Source: Promethearchaeota archaeon
Lineage (GTDB): Archaea > Asgardarchaeota > Lokiarchaeia > Sigyniarchaeales > SOKP01
Assembly (NCBI GenBank): GCA_048941265.1
Contig: JBHLNT010000145.1
Coordinates: 1 to 10,796, forward strand
DNA: 10,796 bases
Direction of reading: 5' to 3'
The notes under the pieces were generated by a model that was given only the letters and a program-made list of their open reading frames with translations, did no database searches and was not told the DNA's origin. The position numbers were made by a program, and so were the translations under genes. This document shows positions 7,128 through 10,796 of the stretch, piece by piece (within the stretch, counting starts at the first letter, position 1; each line of letters opens with the position of its first letter).

Positions 7128-7242
7128 TATTTTTAAAATATTTAATATAAAATTAATTTAATGATCGAATTAGAAATTTATTAATATTGAAGTTAAACCT
7201 CTCTCTAAATTTCCCTTTCCCTTTATTCTTCAATTTTATAGA

Positions 7243-7257
7243 ACTTAAATTAAGTAA
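7243..7257. promoter_or_regulatory. Candidate operator ACTTA-AAT-TAAGT(AA), second copy, in the divergent MFS2/oxidoreductase spacer
   Basis: ACTTAAATTAAGTAA matches ACTTAAACTAAGTAA (2536-2550) at 14/15 positions. Both copies are palindromic and intergenic, upstream of a GPH transporter. Confidence 0.4.
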
Positions 7258-7379
7258 AAATAACGCAATTTCTAAAAGAAATAACAATCAAATCATTTAT
7301 ATATTTAAACATCTAGTTATTGCTTATAAATTCATTAATATAATATAAAATTTTGTAAAAGCTTAATTTTGGGATTAAA

Positions 7380-8594
7380 GTGGCAAATACAGAATTAGGG
7401 TTAGTTTTTTCTTCAGCAAAAATAGGAAACGTTGAGATACCAAATCGTCTTGTTAGATCAGCAACTTACCAAAATAAGAGTACAGAAGATGGTTTTGTTA
7501 CAGACAAATTGATAAAAACCTACAATGAATTGGCGAAGGGTGGAGTAGGTTTAACAATTACTGGCTTTACTATTGTTAGAAAAGATGGGAGAGTACTACC
7601 AAATATGCTCGGTATTTATTCTGATGAATATATTGATGGATTATCTAAGCTAGCAGGAAATTATCATGATAGTGCGGGGGAAATAGGAGTTGATTCAAAA
7701 ATTTTCCTTCAAGTTGGTCATGGTGGAGTTGAAATAACTCATTGGGGTTGGGAGGGAGATCTTGTTTCATCTTCAGCTGTTGAGAGTGATATTCTTCAGA
7801 AAACTGCAATACCTCTTCCACAAGATGAAATTTTAGAGTTAGCAGAAGTTATTGGGGAAGCTACAAATCGTGCTAAAAAGGCGGGATTTGATGGTGTTCA
7901 GTATCATGGGGCTCATGGATACTTAATTACCCAATTTTATTCACCCTATATGAACCATAGAGATGATAGTTATGGAGGTTCTATAGAGAATAGGGCTAGA
8001 TTTGTTCTTGATATTTTAAAAGCAAGCAGAAAAAAAGTTGGTAATAACTTTCCTATTAGTATGAAAATGAATGGCTCAGATCGCATAGAAGGTGGTCTTG
8101 ATGTAAAAGAAGCTGCAAAATTAGCATCTATTCTTGCTAAATCTGGTTTTGACATGCTTGAAATTTCTTCTTATATTTGGGACGCTGGAAGGTTAGAAAA
8201 ACCAGTTTCCTTACCTCCTGAATCTCAAAAAGATATTCGTCAAAGAGGTTTAGAAGCTTTTAATTTAAACCTTGCTAAAGAAATTAAAGAACATTTATCT
8301 AAAGATCCAACAATAGACATTCCAATAACATTGGTTGGAGGATTATATCGATTTGAAACAATTAGGAATATTATTGAAAAGGAAGGAATCGACTTTTGTG
8401 CAATGAGTCGTCCATTAATACGCCAACCAGATTTACCTTCAATATGGAATAAAGGACCACCATTCCCTGAAGCTGAGTGTGTGCATTGCAATCTTTGTAC
8501 TAATGATTTTCTAGTTAGGGGCCCCAGATCTAAAGGAGTTAGATGTATTCAAAAGGAAAAAGAAGAAATTAAGAAGAAAAAACAAAAATTGTAG
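7380..8594 (+). CDS. NADH:flavin oxidoreductase (Old Yellow Enzyme family) with C-terminal 4-Cys motif
   Basis: 404 aa, GTG start. IPNRLVRSAT, AKGGVGLTITG, QVGHGG, AGFDGVQYHGAHGYLITQFYSP, YGGSIENRARF, SRPLIRQPDLP, then C367-x2-C-x2-C-x15-C389. Confidence 0.93.
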   Translation: MANTELGLVFSSAKIGNVEIPNRLVRSATYQNKSTEDGFVTDKLIKTYNELAKGGVGLTITGFTIVRKDGRVLPNMLGIYSDEYIDGLSKLAGNYHDSAGEIGVDSKIFLQVGHGGVEITHWGWEGDLVSSSAVESDILQKTAIPLPQDEILELAEVIGEATNRAKKAGFDGVQYHGAHGYLITQFYSPYMNHRDDSYGGSIENRARFVLDILKASRKKVGNNFPISMKMNGSDRIEGGLDVKEAAKLASILAKSGFDMLEISSYIWDAGRLEKPVSLPPESQKDIRQRGLEAFNLNLAKEIKEHLSKDPTIDIPITLVGGLYRFETIRNIIEKEGIDFCAMSRPLIRQPDLPSIWNKGPPFPEAECVHCNLCTNDFLVRGPRSKGVRCIQKEKEEIKKKKQKL

Positions 8595-8644
8595 ATTTAT
8601 CATAAATTAGATTTAATAATATCCTAATTTCCCTTTTTCTTTAT

Positions 8645-8661
8645 CGAAAGCTATTTAAGTA
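8645..8661 (+). promoter_or_regulatory. Candidate archaeal BRE/TATA promoter of the UroD-family gene (probably leaderless mRNA)
   Basis: CGAAAG (8645-8650) followed by TATTTAAGTA (8652-8661), about 25 nt upstream of ATG 8681. No SD-like sequence before the ATG. Confidence 0.45.
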
Positions 8662-8680
8662 ATTAATCCAAATCCTTATT

Positions 8681-9841
8681 ATGGTTTTGTCAAAACGGGA
8701 GCGTGTATTTAAAGCCCTTAAACTTGATGGAGAACCAGATATGGTTCCAATTTTTCTTTTCGGTTTTGAGCAAACTGGCACATCATTTCAAGCATATAAA
8801 AATTCTGGAGAACCAGAGAAACATTTTTTAACAGTATCTACAAAAAACTCTAAAGTAAAATACTATATTACAGAACAGAGGTTCTGGAATGCTGATCTTT
8901 CTATCATGGATCCTTTCGGACCTAATAAAATAAAAGCCAAGACAGCAAAAGCTCCTAAAGAATATCCTGATTGTCGAATAAATACGATGGATGGAAGGGT
9001 TTTTAAGATGGTAAAACAAGTAGAGACTGGTTTAATTTATGAGTGGTACGTAGATGGTTATTTTAAAACACCTGAAATCGTACATTCGTATTGGGACAGG
9101 TACGGAAGGCCATCAGAACTAGTTAACGATAGAATTAAGTATTCACCCCAAATATGGGATGGTTTTGTCAAAGCTGTTGCACCATACTTTTATCCAATGC
9201 CGATGGTGACCATAGAAATCGCCTCGGCGTTATTTGAGGGTATGACAATCTCCCGTGTAGCGTACTATATGCGTAAAAAACCCCAATTTATTCATGAAGT
9301 CTTGGGGGAATATACTCAGGCAATCATAGAGGTTATTAAACGTCTTGCTGAAGCTAGCGTTGATATAGTCTTTTATGGAGATGATTTAGCTTATAAAGAA
9401 AGACCATTTTTTTCTCTCAATCAATTTCGTGAATTTATACTTCCGTGCCATAAAAAAATATTTCAATTCTGTAAGAAAAAGAACATAATCGTTATATTGC
9501 ATTCCGATGGAAAAATAGACCAATATTTACCCGATTTGGCAGATGCTGGCTTAAATGGTATTCAAGCTCTTGAAGCTACCGCTGGAGTTGATTTAGCTGG
9601 TTTAAAAAAAAATTTGGGAGATCGTTTATGTTTCTTAGGTGGACTGGATTCCTCTGGAGTACTTTGTTTTGGATCACCCAGAGATGTTGAAGAAAATGTA
9701 AAAAACTGCATCAAAGCAGCTGGTTATGGAGGTGGCTATTTTATAGGACCAAGTCATGATATACTAAACATGCCTTGGGAAAATGTGTTGGCCATGAGAG
9801 CCGCTATTGAAAAATATCGAAAATATCCGTTGTCATTTTAA
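8681..9841 (+). CDS. Uroporphyrinogen decarboxylase / MtaA-CmuA methyltransferase superfamily protein (URO-D-like TIM barrel), function unknown
   Basis: 386 aa. N-terminal KRERVFKAL..GEPDMVP, DDLAYKERPFFS..QFREFILP, LHSDG, LKKNLGDRLCFLGGLD, GSPRDVEENVK, GGGYFIGPSH..MPWENV.AM. Confidence 0.88.
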   Translation: MVLSKRERVFKALKLDGEPDMVPIFLFGFEQTGTSFQAYKNSGEPEKHFLTVSTKNSKVKYYITEQRFWNADLSIMDPFGPNKIKAKTAKAPKEYPDCRINTMDGRVFKMVKQVETGLIYEWYVDGYFKTPEIVHSYWDRYGRPSELVNDRIKYSPQIWDGFVKAVAPYFYPMPMVTIEIASALFEGMTISRVAYYMRKKPQFIHEVLGEYTQAIIEVIKRLAEASVDIVFYGDDLAYKERPFFSLNQFREFILPCHKKIFQFCKKKNIIVILHSDGKIDQYLPDLADAGLNGIQALEATAGVDLAGLKKNLGDRLCFLGGLDSSGVLCFGSPRDVEENVKNCIKAAGYGGGYFIGPSHDILNMPWENVLAMRAAIEKYRKYPLSF

Positions 9842-9866
9842 CTGAGATTCAAATCCAAAGTGTTGG

Positions 9867-9874
9867 TTTTTTTT
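9867..9874 (+). terminator. Oligo-T terminator candidate for the UroD-family gene
   Basis: T8 run 25 nt after the stop (9841), in the 35-bp gap between convergent genes. Confidence 0.4.
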
Positions 9875-9876
9875 CA

Positions 9877-10796
9877 TTATTTTAGAATAGCGATTATAGG
9901 CGATAAAGAGGATATCTCAACTTCGAATTCTAAAATTTTGGGAGGTTGATTAAAATTTGATAAAGAATCAAGCTTTTGATAAGTTCCCGTGAAGATTTCT
10001 ATTTTCTGACATTTTAAGTTTACTTTTGAGATATCCACTTTTATACATATTTTTTTATTACGACTGGATAAGTTACATGCAATAATCACTCCATTTCTTG
10101 AATCCTCATCTACATGAAGATGAATCATAGGGGATATCCCATAAAAAATACCTCTTGTCAACATTGGCTTGATTGCTTTGTAAAGAGCTAATGCTTTTTG
10201 TAAAGCTTTATACTTTGTAGTATTTTTATCTTTCAATCCCCCAATTCCTATATGTCTCGCAACAGAAGCATACCACCAAAATTGAAGCATTTTTTCATTA
10301 TCGCTATTTTCATTGATATGTAAATAGAGCGGTATTGAATAAGCTAAATTATATTCATATAGCTGGAAAGCCCTATGAGAGATTAGATCTTGCATAGGAT
10401 TCCACATGCATTCAAATCCCCAATTCTCGTCAAAACTATATGGAAGATTATGTTGATAATAAAGCTGATTGCCAACACCCCGATCATGTGCTTCAATAAG
10501 AATATTTGGGTATTTTTTTTTAATATTTTGAATAACGCGAAAAATATTTTGAGCATGAGTTTGTCTTTTCATTGGTACTTCATGACCGTGATCTCTACTA
10601 TAGCATCCTATAAGATCTTCTAAAGGATTGCCAATATCCGTAAAGTCGAACATTAAAAAATCTACTCCGTCCTTTACTAGTTCTAATATTCTATGGCTTT
10701 TTTCCTGAATCCATCTCTCATTAGTACATACAGAATATAAATTTATATAAGGATCTGACACAACTTTTACACCTTTTTGATTTTTTAGATAGAAAT
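9877..10796 (-). CDS. Divergent glycoside hydrolase, clan GH-D (GH36 alpha-galactosidase-like); C-terminal part only
   Basis: The frame stays open upstream of the track's GTG at 10761 to the window edge (..FYLKNQKGVKVVSDPY..), so the real start is outside. GVDFLMFDF parallels GH36 GVDYIKWD, and IFRVIQNIKKKYPNILIEAH parallels the GH36 'LYRL...LR..HP.VLFE.C' helix-strand. The beta-rich C-terminal domain fits GH-D architecture. Ends TAA TGA. Confidence 0.65.
   Translation of the reverse strand, partial: FYLKNQKGVKVVSDPYINLYSVCTNERWIQEKSHRILELVKDGVDFLMFDFTDIGNPLEDLIGCYSRDHGHEVPMKRQTHAQNIFRVIQNIKKKYPNILIEAHDRGVGNQLYYQHNLPYSFDENWGFECMWNPMQDLISHRAFQLYEYNLAYSIPLYLHINENSDNEKMLQFWWYASVARHIGIGGLKDKNTTKYKALQKALALYKAIKPMLTRGIFYGISPMIHLHVDEDSRNGVIIACNLSSRNKKICIKVDISKVNLKCQKIEIFTGTYQKLDSLSNFNQPPKILEFEVEISSLSPIIAILK

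Noticed and set aside
1839-10623. Other short track ORFs (1839..2054, 2856..3116, 3661..3864, 6160..6438, 6448..6648, 7970..8155, 8240..8491, 8828..9019, 10390..10623)
   Set aside because: All lie wholly inside well-supported genes (antisense or alternate frame) and show no motifs; typical shadow ORFs.
10759-10761. GTG start assigned by the track to the last ORF
   Set aside because: The frame is open to the window edge and the protein begins mid-barrel, so the real start is outside the window.
1-10796. CRISPR array, tRNA/rRNA, transposase, integrase or defence system
   Set aside because: No regularly spaced repeats, no GC-rich structured RNA segment, and all intergenic gaps are under 300 bp and AT-rich; no ORF has mobile-element or nuclease motifs.

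Overview
AT-rich (roughly 30% GC by eye), gene-dense window that most likely comes from an Asgard archaeon (Lokiarchaeia/Promethearchaeota-like). This is an inference from an intronless, tail-less Rab-like small GTPase, TATA-type promoters, oligo-T terminators and paralogous GPH transporters plus a UroD-like protein. It holds nine protein genes: a membrane PAP2 phosphatase (minus, cut by the left edge, missing from the ORF track), a MelB/GPH-family MFS transporter, a creatininase-fold (ArfB-like) amidohydrolase divergent from a KdnA-like DegT sugar aminotransferase, the Rab-like GTPase, a second GPH transporter that has lost its cation-site motif, an Old Yellow Enzyme flavin oxidoreductase with a 4-Cys tail, a UroD/MtaA-fold protein with non-canonical metal ligands, and a divergent GH36-like glycosidase (cut by the right edge). 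No rRNA, tRNA, CRISPR array or mobile element was seen. The most notable items are a palindrome ACTTA-N3-TAAGT shared upstream of both transporters (candidate sugar regulon), a duplicated tandem promoter, stacked palindromes before the GTPase, and several enzymes with altered catalytic signatures that may form an undescribed glycoside/amino-sugar processing locus.
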